Assembly: GCF_006345805.1 (NCBI RefSeq)
Contig: NW_021832430.1
Location: forward strand, 62,001 to 126,000
Origin: Octopus sinensis
Taxonomy: Eukaryota
Length of the DNA stretch: 64,000 nt
Direction of reading: 5' to 3'
Within the stretch, counting starts at the first letter, position 1; every line of letters starts with the position of its first letter. Shown here in pieces: positions 26,860 through 38,570 of this stretch. Under the pieces are notes generated by a model. That model ran no database searches and was not told the origin of the DNA. It saw only the letters and a program-made list of their open reading frames with translations. The position numbers were made by a program, and so were the translations under genes.

Positions 26860-29443
26860 AATTCACTGTAATTAAAGATGAAAATTATTTCAAGCTGGAA
26901 ACAGTATTTCCTCACAAAATGTATGAACCAATGCATAAATCAAATGAATTTGTTTTTTACGAAATCGACATAAATGGAAGAAAGCAAACACTAAGGCTAT
27001 TTAAAAATTCAAAAAAAGAACAAAACAGAGATACTTGCATTAAACATGGTTCGGTTGTGAACGAACTTGAGTCTTCTGCTATTATCGATATTTGTCATGG
27101 ATTGGTAGACAGATTAATAATAAATGTTAAAGATTGGATATATCCACATTAACAAAGAGGTATATTATATAGAACCAGAAAACTATTCGCAAACGAACGT
27201 CTCAAGAAAGCACATACTTTATCAAAAAAATAATCCAGAAAATGACCAGATTACTCACCATTTATATAGTTCTATCTATTAGAATATACAATAATATAGA
27301 AAGAGGCATCGGAAATAAAAACTACAAATTGGGACAATTTTATCCATTCAAACTAGACGTTGTAATCAAAGTGGAATCAGATAAACCCGAAATCGTTCAC
27401 CGTTTGAATAAATTAGTTCCAATATTAATGCACATGGTATACAATATGATATATTTTTGACCAATGTCTTACTCCATAAGCATTCTCTCGGGGAATTCTT
27501 TTATATAAACGTCGTGAAAATTATTCAGCACGTATACGATTAAATTTAGTTTTATAGATATCCACAAGAGAAGAAAGCATGCATAACTCTGATAATGACG
27601 TGGGGAATTGCGACAGGGATAGAGACTTTGATCATGACATATTCATTAAATTAACGACGTGATAATTCAGTGTAACTAAAAATTATAGAAACTATTTTTC
27701 TAACGACAGAGTATTAGGAAAAGCTCCTGTACTCGGTCTATGTACATCCCACAAATGCATTGCAGTCAGGTTCGTTGGATTACAATCTGCGGTATCTCTT
27801 GTGCATGAAATAGGGCATTTGTACTCTTTTTTTAATCAACTCTACAGTTTGGGGATAAATCACGATGATTCTGGACCCAATCCTTGTCAAGAAGCATTGA
27901 TAATGCGTTCCTATTATGACTCTGACGTTAAACAAAGGTGGTCTTCATGTTCTAAGGACGATATTTTGAAAATGCTAAAGTTATGACAAGTATACTTATT
28001 CTAGATTGAGCAAGTATACAGACTGTATCAAGACATCATTTGTAGAGCGATATTCTTCTTATAATGCCCCTAGTGGATTGAATTTATGCTCAATTTATAA
28101 CAATTTTCCAAACTTTTACAGATCAACAAACAGAGTTAGCAATGAACTAATAAAACACAAAGGATACATGTTGGGGAATATGTTATGATAAACAATATTC
28201 ATACTATAAACAGATACTCTTACCTGACGGAACCCAGTGTGGAAACAACAATGTAATTTGGACTTTGAATACATACAGATTTGCAACCAAGGAGAATGCG
28301 AATACATCAAACCTTTCATACCTTTTATTGACGGGAGGTTTGGACCCTGGTCAGAGTTTGGAAACTGTAAACAAAACTGTGGCCTCTCTATCCGAACTCG
28401 ATACAGGGAATGTAACAATCCACCGTATTAGTCGTTGAATCTTACATAGTCCTTCCGATGGCGCGAAATTCTGCAGGGGAAACTTTGAGAGTTATAACAT
28501 TTGTAAAAATCGGGTCATCTGTAACTTTAAAAAATCTAGGACTGTAATAAAGGCTGGGAACCATATTTAGATTCCCAGTGTTCGGCCATCTACGGAAAAA
28601 CACATTATTTCAGTATCAAAGGTTATCCATATTGAATGAAATGTTTTATCTAGATTTGGATAATAAATGTTCGCTTTGGTGCATTGACAGAATCTCAAAT
28701 AAAAGAAAATATGCTGGAATAAGAAACTCTGGGTCATCCTGTTTAACACCAGATCAAAATAAAGGACTTTGTATTGACGGAGTGTGCCATGTTAATGAAT
28801 CCGGTTTATAAAATGCTTAGGTCATTGGATGTGATTTAAGGGTCGATTCCAAAAAAAGGATTGACATGTGCGGAGTTTGCGGAGGGAAGGATGATACATG
28901 TAATGTAAAAAAAGGATATTTCCATACGGTTAAAGATGGTGAGTGTTATGGTTTTCAACGGTGCAGGAGGGCCAGAATATGAAGCCGGTAGAATACCAAG
29001 ATGGACATCTGAAATAATTTTGGAGACAAAAGCAGATGAGGAGCACTATATTCAGCTTGTTTACGGAAATGAAATATTTAATCCATATCAACTAGTTACT
29101 ACGTACACCCATAGGAGTCGTCTCCATGACCTCATTGTTTATCAAACCAAAACTCTCAAGGGATATAATATTCGAATTGAGGGAAATCTTTTAACTGAAT
29201 TGCAGATTAACGTATTTACGATATTGACTAATTTCAGGTTATAAAATTCAGCAATAATGAGATATCTGTAAAATATATCTATAAATAATATAATTGCATG
29301 TATACTAACAAATTGAATTTTCGTTGTAATAATATTTTATTATTAGATAAATAGGCATTTCCGAGCTTTTATATCGAAGGGTTAACAAATTCCCATGTTC
29401 ATTTGAAATCTTCTAATTTTAGTAGTCAAACTGCTAAAATTTA
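26860..29443 (+). CDS. ADAMTS-family metalloprotease
   Basis: Spliced HEIGHFLGINHD zinc motif (intron 27821-27847) and Met-turn LIMRS. TSP1 DGRFGPWSEFGNCKQNCG..RYRECNNPP; Cys-rich IGCD....KKRIDMCGVCGG.DDTC; spacer domain. Both ends approximate. Confidence 0.85.
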
Positions 29444-29536
29444 AATAAATAAAATTCACAAACTACAATTATAGACTTTATAAATGTTGTATATTTAATT
29501 AAAATAATTTGTATCTAACTTTTACATTTGATAATA

Positions 29537-30724
29537 CAGTGCCTGACAAAAAAAATTGGATTTGTAATAAATCGACTTTTTTTAAAAATAAATTATAATT
29601 TAATTTTCTTACATCATTCTTGGTAAAATTAGAATTATTTTTTTAATTTTTAAAATTATTTTTGGCTTTTAGAATTTAATTTTAAAGCAGAATTTAAAAT
29701 TTGCTGGACAAAAAAAATTGGATTTTTTTGTTTTTGAGCTGATCTCGTATAAATGAAGCGTAATTCAAAAATCCATTTATCTGATTTTACAAAAGGAGTA
29801 ATAATTGGACATTACTCTTCAGGAAAAACAATTGAAGAGATATCTAAAATACTGAAAATTCCCAGATCGACCGTGGGATTTGTGATAAGAAAATTTTCCA
29901 AAGAAAGCACCACTACGCGAAAAATTGAATCTGAACGTTTACCGAAATTCTCTTCAGATCAAAAAAACACAATACAATTAATTTCGAGAGATGAACCCTC
30001 AATTTCTGCTGCGTCTCTTTCTGAGATAACAAAAACTCAATTTAATGTAGAGGTATTTTCCAGAACAATTGGTCGTATACTAAATTCATTTGGATTACAT
30101 GCCCGAGTTGCAAAGCACAAATCTCTTTTAACATCAAAAAACATCGAATCCAGATGGTTAATTGCGAAAAAGTTTTTAGCCATATCTGACGAAGAATGGA
30201 AGAAAGTCATGTTTTTCGATGAGTCATGTTTTGAGGTCTATATCAGCAAACTAAGGATCTATAACAGCAAAAAAACGGTACTGCCTATGAAAAGTCCAAT
30301 ATCGTACCTACTTTTGAGTATGGTGGAGGAAAGCTAATGGTTTGGGGATGTTTCTCATATGAAGGCGTCGGTAATCTTGTTATTATAAATGAAAAAATGA
30401 ACAGTGCTTATTATTTAAACATTTTGTCAAATAATCTGGAGCAATCAACTTTAAAAATGAGGTTAAACTCATGTATTTTTTAACAAGATAATGCTCCATG
30501 CCACAGTTCTCGAAAAGTTAAAGAATTTATATGCGATAGAAAATATAAAATTCTTGATTGGCCGTCTCAATCACCTGACCTTGATCTAATTGAGCATGTT
30601 TGGGCAATGATGAAGAGAAAATTATTGCAAAAACCGCCGAAAAACTTGAAAGATTTGGAGACAAAATTAGTTGTGATATAGAAGTCAATTCTGAAAAAAT
30701 ACCAATTTTTTTTGTCAGGCACTG
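29537..30724 (+). mobile_element. Tc1-family (DD34E-type) transposon, defective
   Basis: Perfect 23-bp TIRs CAGTGCCTGACAAAAAAAATTGG with TA flanks. HTH domain, FFDES, QDNAPCH and WPSQSPDL..IEHVW motifs, with a frameshift and stops. Confidence 0.93.
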
Positions 30725-30773
30725 TAAATCAAGTTAATGTTAAATAAAGTATTCGTTAGTAAATGTTATTCAT

Positions 30774-32460
30774 TCACCATATAAAACCCAACCGATAGTA
30801 CGTGTTAGGTTTTTGTGGTTTGATAGTTTCATTTGCGTCAATCCTTTTGACTGCCCGTTCCATTGGAAATACATTATACCCTCCTGGAATTTTATCTTCA
30901 ATAATCTGTTAATTTGAAATATCTATCATAAACCTCTTTTGCATATTTCTGAAATTGATCTTCTTCTTGTTCATATTGATTCATCATATCTTTAACATAT
31001 TGACGATTTTTTTCTATTTCTAACTTTTCACTTTCTTTTCTTTCTTTCTAAAAACTTAAAAAAATTTTTTCACATTCAAAAGATCATTAAATTTGTTAAT
31101 TTCAGTTAGTTTTTCAAAATTGATTTTTTCTTGCCGTAAATTATTTTCATAATAATTTTTAGCTGCTTCACGTGCATTCGTCAGTATTTTACGCTTCTCT
31201 TCCTTTTCAGCTTCTTGTCTATCGTGGTTCAATTGTTGCTGTCGTTTTTCGCTTATTTCTTACCTGCTGAGCGATGTGTTCTTGTATGCTTTTTAATGCA
31301 TTTTCTTTCTGCTGTCGTTCTTGTTCGGTTTTTGTTTTAAGTTTCTCCTCGGTCTCTTGAACAGCCCGATCCATTCGTTTATTTTCTTCCATAATAATAT
31401 TTTGCATTTTGTCAGACATTTTCGCTTTGATTGCCTCCAATTTTTCAATTTTCTCGCTAAAATATATTGTATCATCATTAAAAACTTTTTTATTTCTTCC
31501 ATTTTAGAATTTCGTATTTTCATCATTTTTTGTTTTACCGAAGCGTATTTCTTCAATTCGTCTTCTTCCTCTTAAAAAATAAAAGAAATGTATATCTTAG
31601 CGTGAGATTGCCTTAGTTCTTCCAATGAGCGGTTAAACATAATTTGCGATTTGTTGTCGGAAGCAATCTGATTTTGTTTTTTTAATTTTTCGTCCTTAAA
31701 ACGCAGTTGGTCCAACTCGAATTGAAGAGCCAAGGCCTTCAAAGTTTCTCCCTCTTTCATGTCTTGATGCTTTAAAGCTTTTTTGTAAATTTCTTGTTCT
31801 TTTATCCTGGTTAGTAGAAATTGATTAAAAAAATACTGATTAAGAATATATTGCTGTGTTTCAAGATTATTGGCCTTTCTTTCCTTTGCTTCTTTTTCTT
31901 CTCTGTCTGTGACTGAGAACAGGCTTCCGTCCGGGAGAGGATCGGGATTTTTAGTAAGATTTTTGAGGTCGATTTGAATGTCTCTCTCCTTGTATATTTC
32001 AGATAACGTCAGTCCGGACTGATCTCGACTAAAACAAACTGGCAAACGTGAAAGTTTTTTACACGGTCTGTTTGGTAAAATAGTTTCTTTTTTGATTCCT
32101 GCAAGAAATCTTTTCTTTCTTTGTCGAGTTCTTGTGCCCATTGTTTGTCTTGTTCAAGCCTTTTTTCTTCTTCAAGTTTTTCTTTAACTTGCATTCTTTC
32201 AATTCGATTTTTGCGTTTGTTCTATAAAATTATGAGCGTGATCACACCATCAAAGTGTTTTCCCATTGGGAAGATATTTCCTTGGATTTTTTGTAGACAT
32301 TATTGCGCTCGTTTTGTATTTTTTGTACTCTGTCTATTTCGTTTTGCTTTCTGTTCAAAGAATTTTGTATTCTCAGGAGATCAGTTCTTGGAATGATGGT
32401 CACTTTTTTTAGTTCCTCCAAATTGGGGTATTTCTCTTTTGGTATATTATTAAAAATATA
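30774..32460 (-). CDS. CFAP210: Cilia- and flagella-associated protein 210 (CCDC173)-like
   Basis: Coiled-coil protein with VTIIP..DL.RIQ..L, WENTL, KLFYQTDRVKNFHSGL.LSE..KERD.QI.LK and C-terminal RLGFIW*. Start codon not resolved. Confidence 0.75.
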
Positions 32461-33177
32461 CTGCAAGACATTTTTAATCAAAACTATGGCTACTAAAATA
32501 TAATAAAAATTAAAAACAATTATGCACAAATTATTAGAAGTGAATATAAAACATATTATTAATTACTTGGCAAACTAAGTTAAAAAAGTTAAAATTGTAT
32601 GTTTAAGTTTTAGCTGGAAAAATACTTATAAATCTTTACCCCAAGTTATTCCATGTGACATGTGCCGTTCATCTATTACACAAAAAAAGAGACTCTTATC
32701 CCGAAATTGATTTAATGATAGTTACTGTACAAGCAGTAATTGACAAAAACAATAGAAGAAAACGAATATTCAAAGACAGAAGCATCGTCATTCTACTTCG
32801 TGTGCATTTGACAAGATGGGGGTCCTGACTTACTGTTCAGAAAATCTGATCGGAGTTGAAAATATTTTCACAATTGAACAATCATATGATTGTTTAGAAT
32901 CGTTAGGATTTGGAAATGACAACAAATTTATTAAAGAATATTTTTTTCTTAATAACATAATTTATTATAAAATAGATATAAAGAATATATAAATAAAAAG
33001 CTTCAAAAAACTATATTTCAAACATAATTAAAATGACCAATTCACACATATCTCCTGCCGAGTATTAATTACTCCTGAATTGTAAATTTAACAACAACAA
33101 ATTCAAATAATATATATTATATATATTAATTTATATTTATATATTTTATCTAATAAATATATTCAGCATTTGTTGTG

Positions 33178-33591
33178 ATGTGTGACGACTCCATTAAAAT
33201 CGCCGCAAAGCCAATACTAAAGAAAGTAATCCCTGAAAATGAACCAGATGATGACACATGTGCAACCTTTATAATACAAGATGAGGATCACACCCTGGGA
33301 AATGCACTTACACATGTCCTCAGTGTTCAGCCAGGGGTTGAGATGTATGGGTATGTCATGCCCCATCCTTCAGAGAGAGAAATCCACGTCAATGTTCAAA
33401 CCAAAAAAGATTTTTCGGCTAATGATACATTCAGGAAGGCTGTGACTGATTTGAGAGATATTGCCTCCGTGATCCTCGAAAGATTTGATGAGGCTGTGGA
33501 AAAAATGCCCTGCGAAACTAATACTAATCTTGATGAGATGTATGACAATCTTCGTGATATTCTCATGGATGCCCATATTAAGCCTTCTTGA
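33178..33591 (+). CDS. POLR1D: RNA polymerase I/III subunit RPAC2 (AC19)
   Basis: TFIIQDEDHTLGNAL..V....VEMYGY.MPHPSE..I.V.VQT; single exon. Confidence 0.88.
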   Translation: MCDDSIKIAAKPILKKVIPENEPDDDTCATFIIQDEDHTLGNALTHVLSVQPGVEMYGYVMPHPSEREIHVNVQTKKDFSANDTFRKAVTDLRDIASVILERFDEAVEKMPCETNTNLDEMYDNLRDILMDAHIKPS

Positions 33592-33678
33592 TTTATTTTT
33601 ATTAATTTTTTGTTTTTTAATTATTAGGAAATTTATTGTATTTTTGTTATATTTAATATAGTTGTATTCGTTGTGGTG

Positions 33679-33921
33679 ATGTCGTTGTTTGTTGATGATA
33701 AACATTTGGCGGCAATTCGTAGAGATTGGATCAATCGTGAGCAAATAAATGTAATTACAACTTCAATTTCAAAATTAGTGGACATTATTAATCTTTTTGG
33801 CAAGTTTTCTAATTTATATGTTTCAGAAAGCTCATGTATGTATCGCCTGTCCCTCCTAAAAAGTCAACTTTATTCTATAAAGATTAAGTTGGATTATGTC
33901 GAAAATGTTATAGGCAAATAA
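33679..33921 (+). CDS. BRK1: BRICK1 / HSPC300 (WAVE complex subunit)
   Basis: IRRDWINREQINVITTSISKLVDIINLF|ESSCMYRLSLL..L..I..KLDYVE aligns with BRK1 after removing GC-AG intron 33800-33826. Confidence 0.85.
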   Translation: MSLFVDDKHLAAIRRDWINREQINVITTSISKLVDIINLFGKFSNLYVSESSCMYRLSLLKSQLYSIKIKLDYVENVIGK

Positions 33922-34557
33922 AATTTGTTTTTTATTAAATCTGTTGCTTTTCTGAATAGGTCTGGGGATGGGGAGGTTTTCTCTATAAATTTAATGCGAT
34001 TTGAAATAATACATCACTGTTTTGAGGATAAATTGAACAATTTTATTGTGAATATAAATTTTTGTAATCGTAAGGGCACAAATCTTCTCTGGAAATGACA
34101 CATTTTTTAATTATTTATTCAAAACATTTTAAAAGAGCCCCTCCTATAATTATGTCATTTATTATTTTAAGTTACATCATCTTTATTTACCATTTAAAGT
34201 CAACAAAGTAATTGTATTTTTTCTGAATTTGGCTTTATAACTAAATTTTAAAATTTAATTAAATTCAGTGAGAACTGTAGTTTTTATTCGAATTTTAAAT
34301 TAAGTATTTAACTGGAAAGCTCAACACAAATCATGTCATCGTGTTCTCGGATTTTTTTGTCAATCGACACGGAGTTTGTCTTAGTTTCCATAGCCATATT
34401 TGGAAAGAACGAGAAGTATCGTCATGACTTAATAATCACTAACTTCCTCAGTGATTTTTCGTAGCGTAAAAATCGCCAAATTGAGAATAAATCCAGATTC
34501 GTCAATCTTTTATTTAAATCAAATTTTAATAAGATTGGCGCACATACAGAGAATATA

Positions 34558-35924
34558 ATGAAGCCACCAGCCTATATTAGAAATCGTCTTGTGAGCTGTG
34601 GATCATCCCTGATATCAGAAAAAGAAAATTTAGCTTTGATTCAAATAATTGGGAAAGGACGTCAGGTTGAACTTCGAATTCTAAATATAGTCATTGAGTG
34701 CAGGAATTGTACAAATTTTTAAAGCCTCTGAGCCTTATTTTGACAAATGGGAACTTGAATATACAGGAGTGGCATGTGTCATCAAAGATCACAGAATTCG
34801 GAGTTATGCAATTTATCTCGTTTCTATGGAGGAGGTTTTTAAGTTTTTAAGACTTCCAGAACCGAGTTATTCTTAAGGAACATCTGTTCGAAGGATTTCA
34901 ATTTTCGACTCCAATGGAAAACTTTCTTACATTTGAAACCAATGTAATATTATTAGTGATATTTTGAATTTATGCAATTAAAAAAACTTTTTTAGAATGC
35001 AATTTATGGACTTAACTTCGCCGATATGACGGAAGCTCAACATTTTAATAAAACTCTTAAAGACAAAACCAGAATAAAAAGTTTCCTTTTCATAGCTAAT
35101 AAATAGTCATGCCCCAAGTTAAACCGTTTATTCCAAAGGTGGCAGTCCCAGATACGACCAACAAATTAGATGACCGATCCGTATGTATCTGTTTATTAAT
35201 TTGAAGATTGATCCACAATTATTGAACATTTTAAAAATTACTGGCTGTGACCCCACGTTTGTTAAAGACAAAAAAACTTTGAATTTTGTGACAGAATTTA
35301 TCAAGAAAAATAAAGAAATAAACTCTATTTTAACCCAAGATAAAAGTTTCTTGTTTATTATAAAAGACCACTAGAATCTGCGGATTATCAATTTGAAGAC
35401 AAATTCCCATCCTCTATTCCAAATCCTCAACCCAAATCTCGAAAATCAAAGAACGCAGTTCAGCCATCACCACCTCAACTCAAAAGTTTATTCATATTTT
35501 TAAATTTTACGCAGTTCAGCCACCACCACCTCAACCAAAAAGTTTATTCATATTTTTAAATTCTACGCAGTTCAGCCATCACCACCCCCTTCAGTAAGCA
35601 TACCTCCCCCTCCTCCACCTCCTCCACCAATTCAAAAAACTTGTACTCCTGGTTCTGCTATATAATTAATGTTTTAGTCAAAATTACCCCTGATCGCGCA
35701 AATCTTCTTTCAAGTATTCGGAAGGGAGTTTCCTTAGTAAAAGTAATATTTGGAAATAAGTCATTTAAGAATGTTCAAGAAAAAAAACCTGCTGTTAGAA
35801 AAATGGGCATTGGAACGATGCTCAAGAAAACGATAGAACAGCGACATCAGGTACTTAATTCAGGTAGTATTGGTTATTTCACAATTTAGATGATTACGAT
35901 GAGCAGATAGAGGAAAATGATTAG
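34558..35924 (+). CDS. WASP/N-WASP-family actin nucleation-promoting factor
   Basis: WH1 (SSL.S..EN..L...IG..R.SL...VQ...W....TGVAC.IKD..RSY), post-CRIB helix IDPQL..IL..TG.....KD..T..FV..FI, polyproline, WH2 RANLLSSIRKGVSL.K, central helix, acidic tail. More than 10 micro-introns. Confidence 0.85.
35453..35586 (+). repeat. 56-bp tandem repeat (27-nt exon + 29-nt intron) within WASP
   Basis: About 2.4 copies of acgcagttcagccaYcaccacctcaac..aaaagtttattcatatttttaaattYt. Confidence 0.9.
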
Positions 35925-36095
35925 ATTGATTACAGAGTTTTAATATTTAATAAAAAAACTTATTTTTTTCATTTTTAAGGATTTTTTACGATTAATGAAA
36001 TTAGATTTTTTACCTTCAACAAGATTTTTTATATGAAAATTCTTTTTAAGTCATGTTAACGGGTAGATTAACCATAATGTTAATTAATTATTCTT

Positions 36096-36755
36096 TTAGT
36101 CGAAGGGAGGGGCAGCGCCTTCATGGATCGCCAAATTGTTCCCACTGAGAACAGCGATCGAGAGTTGCTGGAAAAGCCAGTCCACCTCCAGAGGATCGTG
36201 AGTGCGCACGGAAATTTGACCTCGGGCTTGCGGAGGAAGTTTTCTGTCTTCGGACGTATCTACCGCAATCGGCCGCACAAAAAACTTATCCTAAAAGCCG
36301 GAGTATTTAGTCAGTTTTGCGGCGGATTTAACCTCCGGAGCACATGAAATTAGATGTGAGGCAGAAAATGTATCCCGACAGGTTGCATCTCATACGAGAG
36401 CTATTCCATCCCAAAAGGAAAAAAGGTCCTTCCGTCAGAATGTTTCCCGTCACAGCGGTCGAGACCTGGTAGTTCTAGGACCGAAGGAAATCCCTCCGAG
36501 TCAAAAGCCCTACGTATGACGTAATTCATAGCTGAGTGCATCGGAAATCGTCCGGGACTTTTCCTTCACGATAAAGAATGCAGACTGAAAGGGTCAACAG
36601 AGCAGCCACAACGACACACTTGGGGGACTTAGCCCGAGGCACAAGGAGATTCCAATCCTTACTGATTAGTCATCGAGGAGGGTGGCGGATGAGGCGTTCT
36701 GGAATGCCCAATGCCAAGTTCCACTAACCGGGGATGCTGCCGAAAGTAGACAGTA
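36096..36755 (-). mobile_element. 5'-truncated CRE-type retrotransposon copy
   Basis: Minus-strand ATLLDD..VRIG, GRFPMHSAMNYVIRRA, VDWLFQQLSIAVLSGN. Confidence 0.8.
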
Positions 36756-37540
36756 GCGTTGTTAATTTTGGGGGGCTTCTTCTCGATCTTGTGTTTCCAC
36801 GTCAACAACAGGTCTTTGAGAAATAAGACCTAAATAATGACACAAATGAGTAAACTGAGTCTTTGACAGGCCAATCGGGAAATCAGTCGACGTCGCAAAA
36901 ATATATTACAAAAAGCTCATTCTTGAATTGAGATTAATTATAAGGGGAACTGGACAGAATTGATAGAGGGCCTTGACATTGCTCATCAGACGGATCGTGT
37001 ATTTTAATATGTGAATAGCAATACACTCAATCATGTGATTACAAAGGAATCAGCAAAAATAGACTTACTTCATCTAAGTATTCCAAATCACTTCAGGATT
37101 GTCAAATTCCCGCAAATAAATCCTAGAAAAACTCTTCTAGAGAGTAGTTGACCAGATAGTTTATCATGGCCTTGGGTAGTAGATTGCTTAGAATGCTCTT
37201 TTTGACAAAATCAAATACACCCTCCTACAGAATGAACTCTCACGACAACTTGGTCGCAGTAAAAGTTCTGTTTGTCCTATGTCTGTTTGAGAAAAACGTG
37301 AAATCGGGAATATGTTCAAGTCAGTGTACATCAATATGAAGTAGAATAGTCCAGTCTGATATAGTTTCCCTATTATTGGGTTGTCCTGGACAATTAGGTA
37401 AAGGAGGACAGCACATCTTTCCACGATCGGGAAATAGAACGTTAACAGAAGCTGCCAATTAACTAAGCGGACAACCTGGACTATGTGGTAAGGGTTACTT
37501 CCCGATGTTAGTATTGCTTAATGCGTGAGATTACCGTCTT
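36756..37540 (-). pseudogene. DNAJC13: DNAJC13/RME-8 internal fragment
   Basis: HIVQ|LLLTF.FPIVERCAVLLYLIVQDNP..KLYQTGLFYFILMYT, SILSNLLPKAMINYL.NY...FSRI.L.EFDNPEVIWN and LKDLL.TWK..IEKKPP match the RME-8 mid-region. In-frame stop at 37074-37076, frameshifts, retained 24-nt intron 37452-37475. Confidence 0.8.
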
Positions 37541-37559
37541 ACAGGTCTTGTTTAGCGGG

Positions 37560-38570
37560 AGCTTTTGACTTGGGATGATTCCCTCTAGTGGAAAGTGGCT
37601 GAGGTAATCCTTATCGGAAAATCCGGGATGCCTCATGATGTCCCCGGGGGATACAGGCCCATTTCTTTGCTTTCAGCTGTATCTAAAATCTTAGAAAGGA
37701 TTATGCACAGAAGGCTCCTAGAATAGCTGATGATGGCAGATGCCCTCCCCGAGTTCTGTTTGTGGAAGGTGTCCTCTGAAATGAAGTGCGCCATCTAGAA
37801 GAAAGAGTGCGGTATATTAGTTAGTCTTGACATTGAAAAGGCCTTCGACTTGGTGTGGCACGACGGCTTCCGGAGCTCCCTCGCCACGTGTGGGGTTTCT
37901 CCGTATCTAAGGCGCTGGCTGTCGGGGTTTCTTGAATCTTGCGGACAGGTCGTGCGGAATCAGGGGGTCTTTTCTAAAGTCGCAACAGTCCTTTGTGGGG
38001 TCCCTCAGGGCTCTGTGCTGAGGTCCCACGCTTTTTAATGTCTTTATAGTTTTTGCGCCCATGCCGATTAATGCTCGTACTGAAATGGTAATTTATGCAG
38101 ACGATATAATCCTCTGGGATCACTGAGTGTGCGTGTCGTAGGCTACAGGTTGCTGTGGACGGACTTGTAAACTGGTGTGGGAGTAGGGGTCTAAAGATGC
38201 GTGCAGACAAGTGCAGTGTCCTCAAAGTCTGTAAAAGGACGAGGGGTTACACTAATTACGTCCCTAGGGTATTGCTGAACGGATCAGAAATTGCTGCAGT
38301 TGATCGGATGACTTGTTTGACCGGTAAGTTTGATGATCACATTGCACGTACGAAAATGCGTGCAATGAAGCGTTGTGTGCTTTCCGGCTGCGGAGAGGTG
38401 CCTGGCTACGCGTGCCATGGTGTTGCCCGTGTTTACCTATGGCGTACATGTCTGGCACTTCTGTGAGGACAGGGAGAAGTACGTTGACGCGCTCAAGAAA
38501 GTCAGAAGACGAACCATCCGGCTAGTACATGGTTTAGGATGGCGAGAGGAGCTCTCTAACTTGCCGATCA
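37560..38570 (+). mobile_element. Degenerate LINE (Jockey/I/CR1-like) RT fragment
   Basis: WKVAEVI.I.K.G....GGYRPISLLSAVSKILERI, LDIEKAFD.VWHDG, GVPQGSVL, IYADDI. Confidence 0.85.
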
